A program made the position numbers and the translations under genes. A DNA stretch of 27,278 nt from Coleofasciculus chthonoplastes F2-STO-03 (GTDB taxonomy: Bacteria > Cyanobacteriota > Cyanobacteriia > Cyanobacteriales > Coleofasciculaceae): contig JAVJWO010000196.1 in NCBI GenBank assembly GCA_040222015.1, positions 1 to 27,278 of the forward strand, read 5' to 3'. The notes under the pieces were generated by a model. The model had not been told where the DNA came from and searched no databases. It worked only from the letters and a program-made list of their open reading frames with translations. Numbering within the stretch: the stretch's first letter is position 1; the number at the start of each line of letters is the position of its first letter. Shown here piece by piece: positions 8,362 through 17,223 of this stretch.

Positions 8362-9150
8362 ATGTCAACCGATGCGCCCACTATTCTCGCCCTCGACTTT
8401 GATGGCGTTATCTGTGATGGACTGCTGGAATATTTCCAAACCGCTTGGCGTACCTACTGCAAAATTTGGCAACCGGAAAACACAACACCCCCGCCAGACA
8501 TCGCTGACAAATTTTACCGCTTGCGCCCTGTGATTGAAACGGGGTGGGAAATGCCTGTTTTAGTTCGAGTTTTAGTGTTAGGTGTTTCAGAAACCCAGAT
8601 TTTACAAGATTGGTCAACTGTTTTACATCAATGTATTGATTCCGACAACTTGCAGCCACAAAACTTGGGTCAACAGTTGGATCAAATTCGTGATGAATGG
8701 ATTACGAGTGATTTAGAGAGTTGGTTAGCACTGCACCGCTTTTATCCTGGAGTTATTCAGCGCCTACAGAGTATATTAGAAACGCCAACGCCCTTATTTA
8801 TTGTCACCACTAAAGAAGGGCGTTTTGCCAAGCAATTATTACAACAACAAGGTATCGAACTATCAGAGGATAGAATTATCGGCAAAGAAATTAAACGTCC
8901 CAAACACCAAACACTACGACAACTTATACAAGACTTTACAGATGAATCTGCAAGTCTTTGGTTTGTAGAAGATCGGTTAAATACCCTACTATCAGTGGAA
9001 CAACAATCAGACTTGGCTCAGGTGAGACTGTATTTAGCAGATTGGGGCTATAACACAGCCGCGCATCGAGACGAGGTTCGCCATCATCCGAGAATTCAGT
9101 TATTGTCTCTGTCCAAGTTTGCCCAGAATTTCTCAGCTTGGTCTCACTAG
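8362..9150 (+). CDS. HAD-superfamily hydrolase
   Basis: LALDFDGVICD motif I, VTTK motif II, RPK, FVEDR and DWGYN. Confidence 0.92.
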   Translation: MSTDAPTILALDFDGVICDGLLEYFQTAWRTYCKIWQPENTTPPPDIADKFYRLRPVIETGWEMPVLVRVLVLGVSETQILQDWSTVLHQCIDSDNLQPQNLGQQLDQIRDEWITSDLESWLALHRFYPGVIQRLQSILETPTPLFIVTTKEGRFAKQLLQQQGIELSEDRIIGKEIKRPKHQTLRQLIQDFTDESASLWFVEDRLNTLLSVEQQSDLAQVRLYLADWGYNTAAHRDEVRHHPRIQLLSLSKFAQNFSAWSH

Positions 9151-9289
9151 AGTTCAGATCATGGGTTCCTGAAATTGATGTCTTGCACCCTTTTTGAGAA
9201 GCTAAAGTTTAGCTTAAGGAATTTATATCTAGTGCAACTTCATGTATCATGGACATAATAAAGTTGAGCTAAGTAAGGGGTGATTAAAT

Positions 9290-10171
9290 ATGCAATATAT
9301 CAGATGCAATCTCTGTGGTAGCGATGACTACACTATTTTATTTGAACCTGGTGTAGCTCAAATCAGTCAAATTGTTAAATGCAACTGTTGTAATTTGATT
9401 TATGCTAACCCCAGGGTCACAAAGGCAGATAAGATAGCAACTGAAAAGTGTAATCTGGATTGGGTTATATCTCATCTCAATCAACAAAAGCTGGAAAAAG
9501 AATCCCTTCAGGTTAAAGATCATAAATTAACTCAAAAATTTCTCGATAAATATTATCCCCAAAAAGGTAAATTGCTGGAAATCGGCAGTAGTTTTGGTTA
9601 TTTATTAAATTTTTTTAAAATAAATGGATGGGATGTAATAGGAATTGAACCTAGATTAAGTGGATGTAAATATGCCGAATCTCATTTTGGCATAAACGTT
9701 ATTCCTGGTATCTTAGAAAAAGCAGAAATTAGCAATAATTCATTTGATGTAGCATTAATGATGCATGTTATAGAGCATGTACCTGATCCATATATGACGT
9801 TTAAAGAAGTTTATCGTGTCCTGAAGCCAGGTGGAGTCTTTGTCGTAGAAACGCCCAGATACGACACATTAATGTTCAAATTGCTAGGGAAAAGAGAAAG
9901 GAGTTTAAGTTGCGATGGACATATTTACTTTTTTACCAGCAGTACTCTCGAAAAAATGGCAACTCAAGCTGGCTTTACAATGCTGAAGTTAGACTATGTT
10001 GGTCGTTCACTAACTCTAGACAGGCTTTTTTATAATTTTGGTGTTATGAGTAAAAATAAACTAATCAGCGATAAACTGAACCATTTTTCCAATAAATTTC
10101 ACCTTAATCAAGTAAGTATTTACATTAACGCCAGAGATATGCAACGGGCGTATTTGATGAAACCTGCGTAA
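9290..10171 (+). CDS. Class I SAM-dependent methyltransferase with N-terminal Cys4 zinc-ribbon
   Basis: CNLC...CNCC N-terminus, LLEIGSSFG motif I, FDVALMMHVIEHVPDP, LKPGGVF and H.YFFT; visibly AT-rich. Confidence 0.9.
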   Translation: MQYIRCNLCGSDDYTILFEPGVAQISQIVKCNCCNLIYANPRVTKADKIATEKCNLDWVISHLNQQKLEKESLQVKDHKLTQKFLDKYYPQKGKLLEIGSSFGYLLNFFKINGWDVIGIEPRLSGCKYAESHFGINVIPGILEKAEISNNSFDVALMMHVIEHVPDPYMTFKEVYRVLKPGGVFVVETPRYDTLMFKLLGKRERSLSCDGHIYFFTSSTLEKMATQAGFTMLKLDYVGRSLTLDRLFYNFGVMSKNKLISDKLNHFSNKFHLNQVSIYINARDMQRAYLMKPA

Positions 10172-10317
10172 AAGCTTTATGCAAATAAGAAGATTTGCTT
10201 CACCCCAAGTACAATAGAGCATAATGATAGCTACTGATCACGCTCATCATTACTCATCACAATCGTTATTCTATCTGATACGTTTCTACCCAACCTGTTA
10301 TGTGAAACACAAATGAA

Positions 10318-10366
10318 ATCCCTCGACCGGAAAACATAGTCTTGTTTCGTTCTCTAGGCGAGGGAT
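10318..10366. terminator. Stem-loop between the convergent methyltransferase and radical SAM genes
   Basis: ATCCCTCG...CGAGGGAT outer arms, 15 nt past the radical SAM stop; followed by TTCATTTG on the minus strand. Confidence 0.5.
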
Positions 10367-10381
10367 ACGCTTACTTTTTGG

Positions 10382-11455
10382 TCAATTCTTCAGTAGCTTC
10401 ATTCCCATTAAAACCTTATCCTTAAGCGTTTTTTGCGACACACAGGTAATCAAGCAAAGTTTACCGCAGTCCAATGTCTGCTGGCGAACCTCTTTGGCTT
10501 TTTCCCCATACCAGATTTCTTTAGCACTCTGGTGTTTAACATTACCAATCACCGGATAATCATTACAGAGTTTCACATTTCCATCTGTTTCAATCCAGAA
10601 ATTGCGAAGCCCAACTCGACAGGGGCGAACGGATTCAGGCGCTTTTTCTTCACGGAAATGAGGTAAGAAAAGCCGCAGAACATCATCACCCGTCATAATC
10701 GGCGCACCGTTTTTCTTCATTTCAATTAGGCGTTCAATTACCTGGGCAAAGTCGTCATAGTCTTCAGCTTTCAGCCACAGTTCATTATAGGTTTCGGGTG
10801 TCCAAAGATTGACGGGCTGGAAATTAACAGCAGTCGCGCCAATTTGTTGCGCCCATTCTACCAGTTCAGGCATTAAGCGGAAATTGAGGCGATTTAAGGT
10901 TGGTTTGACAATAATCGGGAAGCTGATGCCTTGTTTTTCCTGTTCCTGGCGTAGATACTTAATGCCGTTAGAAAGCTTAGCAAATAAACCGGGATAACCA
11001 CGCAGGTAATCATGCAGTTCTGCATTGGGTGCATCCACAGACATATTTACATTGAAGGGACGCGCTGCTACAGTTTTGGCAGCATTTTCCTGGGTCATGC
11101 ACGAACCATTTGTGGTCACACCGCAGTGAATTCCATTGCTATTGGCAAACGCCAGTATGTCGAGAAATCCTTTTTTGATATAAGGTTCACCGCCACTAAA
11201 GTTGATGGAATACTCACCCACAAAGTCTTTGATGCTGAGGAGGGCGCGTTTCCATTCCTCGACGGTCATTTCATCCTTATATTTCGGGAGCCGCCAATAC
11301 TCACACTGGCGACATTTAACATTACAACGTTCATTGATAATCCCGTAAAACGTGACTGGCTTTGTCCAATCTAATCCAGTTTGAATCCGCAGGGATTCGG
11401 CTACAGCATTTTCAGCATGTTTTACACCGAGTTTGGAAAGGGTTGCAACATCCAT
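10382..11455 (-). CDS. Radical SAM enzyme with C-terminal SPASM/Twitch domain
   Basis: CNVKCRQC (CxxxCxxC), SGGEP, TTNG, SVD....HD..RG; C-terminal C-x(13)-G.V..C...IGNV....EIW...C..C...C. Confidence 0.92.
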   Translation of the reverse strand: MDVATLSKLGVKHAENAVAESLRIQTGLDWTKPVTFYGIINERCNVKCRQCEYWRLPKYKDEMTVEEWKRALLSIKDFVGEYSINFSGGEPYIKKGFLDILAFANSNGIHCGVTTNGSCMTQENAAKTVAARPFNVNMSVDAPNAELHDYLRGYPGLFAKLSNGIKYLRQEQEKQGISFPIIVKPTLNRLNFRLMPELVEWAQQIGATAVNFQPVNLWTPETYNELWLKAEDYDDFAQVIERLIEMKKNGAPIMTGDDVLRLFLPHFREEKAPESVRPCRVGLRNFWIETDGNVKLCNDYPVIGNVKHQSAKEIWYGEKAKEVRQQTLDCGKLCLITCVSQKTLKDKVLMGMKLLKN

Positions 11456-11750
11456 AGCGCACCTCGTCAGTATTATTGATTAACAAACGTTATGCCAACG
11501 GCATCCAATTTACTTTTTCTTTAAATCTTATTCATGGGAAACAGGTTTCAAAGTATTCGGTACACAACTTCGAGCTAAATTAAGTCGCAGTTATCCAGGT
11601 TTTTCAATCTGGTTACACAATATCTCTCTTGAATGCCAATTGGATTGACTTTACTCTAGGACAGCTACCGAGATAAATTCAAGCTTATTTTGTATAACTT
11701 AATATTTTGTGATTTAATCTTACAATCCATGCCTGGAAGAAATCACAAAC

Positions 11751-11766
11751 TGTAAAATTGGTTACA
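11751..11766. promoter_or_regulatory. NtcA-consensus palindrome
   Basis: TGTA-AAATTGGT-TACA in the divergent radical SAM/nurA intergenic region; no -10 box at the canonical 22-23 nt spacing was seen. Confidence 0.4.
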
Positions 11767-11886
11767 ATGATTCCTAAGTAAGTCGGAGGTTTGCTTCGTT
11801 TAAGCAATAGTTCTAATTATTACTACTGAAATCGTTAAATAAAGATAACATAAATATACCTATCCTGCATCGGGTACTATTATTTA

Positions 11887-13080
11887 ATGCTCGATCTCAC
11901 GAAACTCGCGAAACAAATCCCTGGAATTAGCCAGCATCTGAAAGGGGAGGCGCTGGCAAGTCGCCACCGCTGGGAACTGGCGCAAAAGCTGCTGCTGGAG
12001 ACTAATCGCCGACAAGATGAGTTAATTCAATCCCACCAGCAATGGCGCGATCGCATAAACTTCACAGCGGCTGTTCCCGTCGAACCTCTGGATACTCGCC
12101 TTGATCTGGACTCCCCGCCCGAAAGCCACACGATTTTTGCCACCGATGGGTCTCAAATGTCCCCCTCCCATCACGAAATCGCCTATTGTTATTTAATTAA
12201 TGTCGGTCGGGTGATGTTGCACTATGGGCAGAGTTTACACCCCCTATTGGATAGCTTACCCGAAGTCTTTTACCGACCCGAAGATTTATACATATCTCGC
12301 CAATGGGGGATTCGTACCGAAGAATGGATGGGGTATCGTCGCACTGTGTCTGAGGTATCGGTATTGGCAGAAATGGCGTGTCGTTGGGTCAATCCGCCCG
12401 GTTCTCACTTGGATATTCCCAATCTGGCGATGGTGGATGGATCTCTGATTTACTGGTTTCTGGAGTCCTTACCGACAGAAGCCCGCGATCGCATCCTACC
12501 CCCGATTCTCGCCGCTTGGGATCAATTGCGATCGGTGAATGTGCCGCTGATGGGCTATTTGAGTGCGTCTCGCAGCAATGAAGCCCTGCATTTTCTTCGG
12601 TTACAAGCCTGTCCTTATGACACCCCCAACTGTCTCAACCATTGCGCCCCTGTTACCGAGAAATTGCCTTGTCAGGTGGTTGAACCCTTACGTGATACGA
12701 TGCTCTGGTCGAGTTTACTTGAACCCGGACAACGTAGTCCTTTATTTCGCAGTTCGGTGCGAATTTTGGATCTATACGATCATCACCGGATTTACTTCTG
12801 CTATGTTCACGTTGGTACAGAAATTGCCCGCGTCGAGGTTCCAGAATGGGTAGCACAGGATACTATGTTATTCAATCAAGCCCTAAGCTTAATGTTGGCA
12901 CAAGTTTACAAAGGCTATGGCTATCCCATTGCTATAGCAGAAGCCCATAATCAGGCTGTTGTCAGAGGCGGCGATCGCGTCCGCTTTTTTACCCTATTAG
13001 AACAGCAAATGATTCGCGCTGGGTTACAAAATGTGGGAACATCCTACAAAGAAGCCCGTAAGCGTGGCAGTATTTCTTAA
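11887..13080 (+). CDS. NurA domain nuclease-like protein
   Basis: ATDGSQ, MVDGSL, ARVEVPEW and GYP.AIAEAHNQAVV motifs of the NurA (RNase H-like) family. Confidence 0.88.
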   Translation: MLDLTKLAKQIPGISQHLKGEALASRHRWELAQKLLLETNRRQDELIQSHQQWRDRINFTAAVPVEPLDTRLDLDSPPESHTIFATDGSQMSPSHHEIAYCYLINVGRVMLHYGQSLHPLLDSLPEVFYRPEDLYISRQWGIRTEEWMGYRRTVSEVSVLAEMACRWVNPPGSHLDIPNLAMVDGSLIYWFLESLPTEARDRILPPILAAWDQLRSVNVPLMGYLSASRSNEALHFLRLQACPYDTPNCLNHCAPVTEKLPCQVVEPLRDTMLWSSLLEPGQRSPLFRSSVRILDLYDHHRIYFCYVHVGTEIARVEVPEWVAQDTMLFNQALSLMLAQVYKGYGYPIAIAEAHNQAVVRGGDRVRFFTLLEQQMIRAGLQNVGTSYKEARKRGSIS

Positions 13081-13167
13081 ACAGGGAGGGAGAGAATAGT
13101 TTTGACCCTTCACGACGAGGGTATGGCGCATGACCCTTCGCTTCGCTCAAGGAAACCTGGCGCGTGT

Positions 13168-13228
13168 GTAGGGGCGGGTTTCACTATTAAAGTTTCTTGC
13201 CTCACCCAGATGCGACTAAAACCGCCCC
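13168..13228. repeat. Fixed-arm/variable-core palindromic cassette, copy 1
   Basis: GTAGGGGCGGGTTT-N36-AAAACCGCCCC. Confidence 0.8.
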
Positions 13229-13294
13229 GATCAAGTGTTAAGGGCTAGAATAATTTTAAAAATGAAAAATTACAATTAAAGGAACTATCAAACT

Positions 13295-13906
13295 ATGGTT
13301 AGCTTAGTCCGAATCTTGTCTACCCAAGATACAATTCTTAAACAAGAACCCATTCAATCCAGTTTACTGCCAAGCTATAAACTCCAGCCGATTCCTGCCA
13401 GCACATTATTAGTTCTACAATCCTACACGCCCCCAGATTTGACCCGACATATTCGGATCAGTTTCCAGGATATTGGATTTCAGGGTAGAAGTTTAAATTG
13501 GTATGCGTTTATTGATCATGTTCAAATCACCAAAGAACCCCTGAGACCAACAGAAACGGTGGCACAGATGCTCTCCAAGCAAATAGAAAAAGATGTTGTA
13601 AAAATGATGGTTTACCGACAAACCTTGCCACCTGAAGGGGGATTACTCAAAATTGTATTTAACGTGGATACTGTAATTAAGCGTGCCCCTGTTCAATCGA
13701 TGTATCTCAGTCCAAATGCTCTGCAACCGATTCCCGCAGGTACTGAACTGGTGCTATTAACCAATAAACCTGATGCCTATAATATGGTATCGTTGCCAAT
13801 TGAAGATTCTCACATAAAATTTACCCTAAAGGACGTTGAATTTAAAGGTTTCAATCAAGATTGGTATGCCTTTGTCAAACATGCTGGGTTGCAATTAGTG
13901 GGTTAA
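13295..13906 (+). CDS. Hypothetical protein made of two tandem homologous domains
   Basis: DTILKQEPIQS..LQPIPA.T.LVL..HI..F.G..WYAF..H occurs twice; AAGGAA upstream of the ATG. Confidence 0.85.
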   Translation: MVSLVRILSTQDTILKQEPIQSSLLPSYKLQPIPASTLLVLQSYTPPDLTRHIRISFQDIGFQGRSLNWYAFIDHVQITKEPLRPTETVAQMLSKQIEKDVVKMMVYRQTLPPEGGLLKIVFNVDTVIKRAPVQSMYLSPNALQPIPAGTELVLLTNKPDAYNMVSLPIEDSHIKFTLKDVEFKGFNQDWYAFVKHAGLQLVG

Positions 13907-13938
13907 TCTTGGACAATAAGACCAATGATCAATGACGA

Positions 13939-14589
13939 CTAAGCCTGACTACTTTCAATCGCCCAACGCGCTAATTCAGTACGGTTATGTAATCCGGTTT
14001 TGCCCAGCATATTAGACACATGGCTTTCAATCGTGCGCTGGCTCACATTAAGCTCCTGGGCAATTTCCCGATTTGCCAACCCGCGTGCGACAAACTGTAC
14101 AACCTTCAGTTCCGTTGGTGTCAATTCCACATTGGCAGGAACCTTAAGGTTAGATGGTGGCTCTCCTCCAGGCGTTTGAGGGCGAGTGCTTAAGCGGCTA
14201 GCTTGTCTCAGAGACGATTCAACTTGAGCAACCAATTCTTCTGGCTCAAAGGGTTTGACCATGTAAACATCAGCGCCAGTGTTGAGTCCCTTCACCCGAT
14301 CATTGCTTTGTCCCTTAGCCGAGAGAAATAGGACAGGAACCCAGTTCATGCGCGGATCTTGGCGAACATACTCAACCAGGGCATAGCCATCCATCTCTGG
14401 CATCATCACATCACAAATGATCATATCAGGAATGTTTTGAGCGAGAACGTCCATCGCCTCTCGACCATTTTCTGCCGTGATTACGTCATACCCGCGAAAC
14501 TCGAGGTAGTCCTTAACGAGCAAAATCAGATTAGGGTCATCATCAATCAGCAGCAGTCGCTTGTTAGTTCTGACACCGTTGTCTTTCAT
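13939..14589 (-). CDS. ycf29: NarL/LuxR-family response regulator, Rre1/Ycf29 type
   Basis: LLLIDDDPNLILLVKDYLEFRGY receiver domain, CDVMMP phospho-acceptor, and LuxR HTH LTPTE..VARGLANREIA..SQRTIESHVSNML.KT. Confidence 0.88.
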   Translation of the reverse strand: MKDNGVRTNKRLLLIDDDPNLILLVKDYLEFRGYDVITAENGREAMDVLAQNIPDMIICDVMMPEMDGYALVEYVRQDPRMNWVPVLFLSAKGQSNDRVKGLNTGADVYMVKPFEPEELVAQVESSLRQASRLSTRPQTPGGEPPSNLKVPANVELTPTELKVVQFVARGLANREIAQELNVSQRTIESHVSNMLGKTGLHNRTELARWAIESSQA

Positions 14590-15238
14590 ACGTTGATACT
14601 GGTCATTCGGAACGTTAGGTGGATAGATTAAAAATTTCGTTGTTTTGGTTCCACGCCTGCTACCCGGACGTTATTGAGCGGCTCCAACTGATCGGGTGTA
14701 AGGGTACTTGCTGAGTCCGAAGATTAGCTGTCAATGTTATAGCCTATGTTTACTGACTATGCGATCGGCAAGGACTTTGAACGAAAGTTGAGCGCAGTCC
14801 CTATCTAGAATCTTTGATTTAGATGGGGTTAGCGAAACAAAATAGCTTGTTAAGTACCCAATAATACTATACAATAGTATCAGGTACGGCGGCAGTTTGT
14901 TAACTTGTTCGGCACGACCTATAGAACCTAGAAAACTTAAGATTATAGGGTTCCAGTAGAGACTATTTGTTACAATAACGCATCTACTGGGTAAAAATCT
15001 TAGTGCGTTCATAAGGCTTTTTTAGTCTTAACTCCGATTCAGAAATGGCGAGGAGGAATGCCAAGGCAGAAGTTCCTGGTATTCACCGAGAACAGCGGCT
15101 CTTCGTGGTAACAGCAGGGGAGAATCCCTAACTAGATTGCTTGCAATTAGTTAGGGTCTGTTCAATTGACCAGTTGCACGTTCATGACATTCGCTACTGT
15201 TACCCCTAAATATTCTAGCGGAAGTCAGAAAGGGGGGA

Positions 15239-15435
15239 GCGATCGCACTTTCTCTCAGACCTGGCTCAAATACAGCATTCGTCAAGTTAGCATCTCTAAA
15301 GCATGTCCCCGAAAACTCTTTAATTTCTCGAATCGCGAGGATCAGGGAGTGCATCGTCAGCCAGAGAAAACTCACCGATAAACAACTCCAGACAACTCCC
15401 AAAGTTAGCTTTTGCACGCTTAAATACGCGATCGC
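15239..15435 (-). pseudogene. Fragment of a membrane-anchored pentapeptide-repeat protein
   Basis: A hydrophobic helix followed by FSGTCFRDANLTNAVF (pentapeptide pattern); no credible start, and the pattern stops after about 3 repeats. Confidence 0.55.
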
Positions 15436-15442
15436 AGTCGTT

Positions 15443-15508
15443 GTAGAGACTAAGCATGCCTAGTCTCTACATAAATGATGTGTCCTAACAGCTATGGCGG
15501 TTGCTATA
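15443..15508 (-). mobile_element. Composite mini-element: TATAGC-type end plus GTAG palindrome, copy 1
   Basis: GTAGAGACTAAGCATGCCTAGTCTCTAC + ATAAATGATGTGTCCTAACAGCTATGGCGGTTGCTATA; the tail matches 17252-17294 with one mismatch. Confidence 0.75.
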
Positions 15509-15579
15509 TAACCCAGTCCGCGTAGGCGGACTTTGTTTGTGTAGCAGCGATTTCAATCGCCTTGGCAAAAGGGGGTAAT
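15507..15579 (+). repeat. Dispersed ~70-bp two-hairpin repeat, copy 2
   Basis: TATAACCCAGTCCGCGTAGGCGGACTTTGTTTGTGTAGCAGCGATTTCAATCGCC...; inverted homolog of 2756-2828. Confidence 0.85.
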
Positions 15580-15650
15580 AAAGGCGGATTTGATATCAGA
15601 GGCTCTATCAGTGTAAAAATGACCATCAAATCCATCATCTTTCCACATCC

Positions 15651-16196
15651 TTACGGTGAATCTTCCCATTCTGGTGTTAAACGCCGATAGTTATAATCTC
15701 TTGCTCCTGGATGACAACTGATGCACCCAGCCGCCGTCAATGTCGGAGGTAAATCAACACGGGGATGAAGCGCCTTAAAATACCGTGATTCAGTCACCCG
15801 AAAGGGTGTTTGCTCATCTTCCCCTAAAGGACGAGAAAAGGTTCGTAAATAATTCCAGACAATAAAGATAAACGGACGCGGAATTTGCTCTAACCGTTGT
15901 CCATAGTGCTGTTCAGGTTCTAGTAACAGAGTTTGCCAGGTTTTGGTTGGCAGGACTTCTGGGGGTAAGGCAACATGACAACTACCACAGTTTTCTAAGT
16001 AGAGTTTTAACCCAGTTTGATAGCGCTCTGGAATTGGGTCAATCGTGCCAATTGCTACCAGTGTGTCTGAATACGGGGGTTGGGGTGTTTCTGCTGCCCT
16101 TAAAACCCCTGCCATACCGCCGCCGAGAAGGATACTCCAAACCAGTACCAGCCCAAACAGAACAGCGTGCGATCGCAGATTGTTATATTTTGTCAT
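15651..16196 (-). CDS. Diheme cytochrome c (DHC family)
   Basis: Two CxxCH motifs (CGSCH, CISCH), PPEVLP..TW and HYG motifs, N-terminal signal/TM segment. Confidence 0.9.
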   Translation of the reverse strand: MTKYNNLRSHAVLFGLVLVWSILLGGGMAGVLRAAETPQPPYSDTLVAIGTIDPIPERYQTGLKLYLENCGSCHVALPPEVLPTKTWQTLLLEPEQHYGQRLEQIPRPFIFIVWNYLRTFSRPLGEDEQTPFRVTESRYFKALHPRVDLPPTLTAAGCISCHPGARDYNYRRLTPEWEDSP

Positions 16197-16223
16197 TCGT
16201 CATTTGTCATTCGTCATTTGTTA

Positions 16224-17084
16224 TTATTGACCCTCCAAAAATGTATCAGGGTCAATTCCTGATTCCCGCAGTCGCTGAAGCAATGATTCTAACCTAGTTT
16301 CTGCTTCCTCAGCCCTAGATTCAGCCTCCTCAGCTCGTTGTCGCTCCTGTTCTGCCTCAGTCAGAATCCAGTTACCCTCCGCATCATACCAACGTAACCA
16401 AAAGCGCTCAACCCCTTGAAACTCACCCTGCCATAACCCTAAACCCAACTCTAACTCCCTCATCCACACTCTCGGTTCGGGTAACTCTAATTCTTGGTAA
16501 CGCGCCCCCTCTAGTTTAAATACTCGGAGCTGATTGGTATAACGACTAAAAACGATGTAGTAAGGAATGCGTAAAACCTGTTCATAAACCTCCCATTTTC
16601 GCGGCGGTTTATCCTTAGCATGAGGCTCAATGGCTTGTCCATTAGCCTCACGCTCCGTTGACTCAGGTGCCAATGTTTCCGGCTCAAATTCCCCTAAATC
16701 TTCTTTTTCCGTACCAGGAGACAGTAACTCCACCACCACAAACGGATCTACCCCCTCTTGCCAAACCACGTAAGAAAGGCGCATATCGACTTGATCATAC
16801 AATCGGGGTACACCCACCACACCAAACCAATCAGGTCGTTTGTACCATAGAGGATGACGCACATCATAGTAAAGGTTCATGTCACTAGCACAAAACACCT
16901 CCTCCACCGGATAATGGGGCGGACAGAACGTGAGGCTCAACAGTTGTGCCTGCCAATCATGAAACTCATCAGGCAAACCCGGTTCCTCCGGATTTTCACT
17001 AGGCAGATCATACATCGTCGGCAAGGTTTCCCTCGGCGATTTGGGTGGATCACTTTGAGGAACAGGGTATTTCATCGGAAACAT
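16224..17084 (-). CDS. Uma2 (DUF820) family endonuclease-fold protein
   Basis: LPTMYDLPSE.PEEPGLPDEFH, RPDWF, VVELLSPGT, KWEVYEQ.LRIPYY and a C-terminal EQERQRAE coiled coil; start could be 17075. Confidence 0.93.
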   Translation of the reverse strand: MFPMKYPVPQSDPPKSPRETLPTMYDLPSENPEEPGLPDEFHDWQAQLLSLTFCPPHYPVEEVFCASDMNLYYDVRHPLWYKRPDWFGVVGVPRLYDQVDMRLSYVVWQEGVDPFVVVELLSPGTEKEDLGEFEPETLAPESTEREANGQAIEPHAKDKPPRKWEVYEQVLRIPYYIVFSRYTNQLRVFKLEGARYQELELPEPRVWMRELELGLGLWQGEFQGVERFWLRWYDAEGNWILTEAEQERQRAEEAESRAEEAETRLESLLQRLRESGIDPDTFLEGQ

Positions 17085-17150
17085 AAGATCTAGCTAGGAA
17101 TGATCAGAAATAATAAGTCAATTTTAGGAATTCCCTTTAGGGACAAATCC

Positions 17151-17213
17151 TAGGGGCGGGTAATGGGACTTAATTTAGATATCCACCAATAAATGTTCAA
17201 CAAAACCCGCCCT
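17151..17213. repeat. Fixed-arm/variable-core palindromic cassette, copy 2
   Basis: TAGGGGCGGGTAA-N39-AAACCCGCCCT. Confidence 0.75.
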
Positions 17214-17223
17214 CCTCACTATT

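Noticed and set aside
11665..11730. 21-aa minus-strand ORF MDCKIKSQNIKLYKISLNLSR as a RiPP precursor for the radical SAM enzyme
   Set aside because: No leader/core pattern, AT-rich promoter-like DNA, and no RRE domain in the enzyme.
14854..14867. GTA-N8-TAC upstream of rre1/ycf29
   Set aside because: Minimal 6-bp match expected several times by chance in 27 kb; lacks the flanking T/A.
14737..15012. 91-aa minus-strand ORF
   Set aside because: No recognisable motif or RBS; likely promoter/UTR DNA of the regulator.
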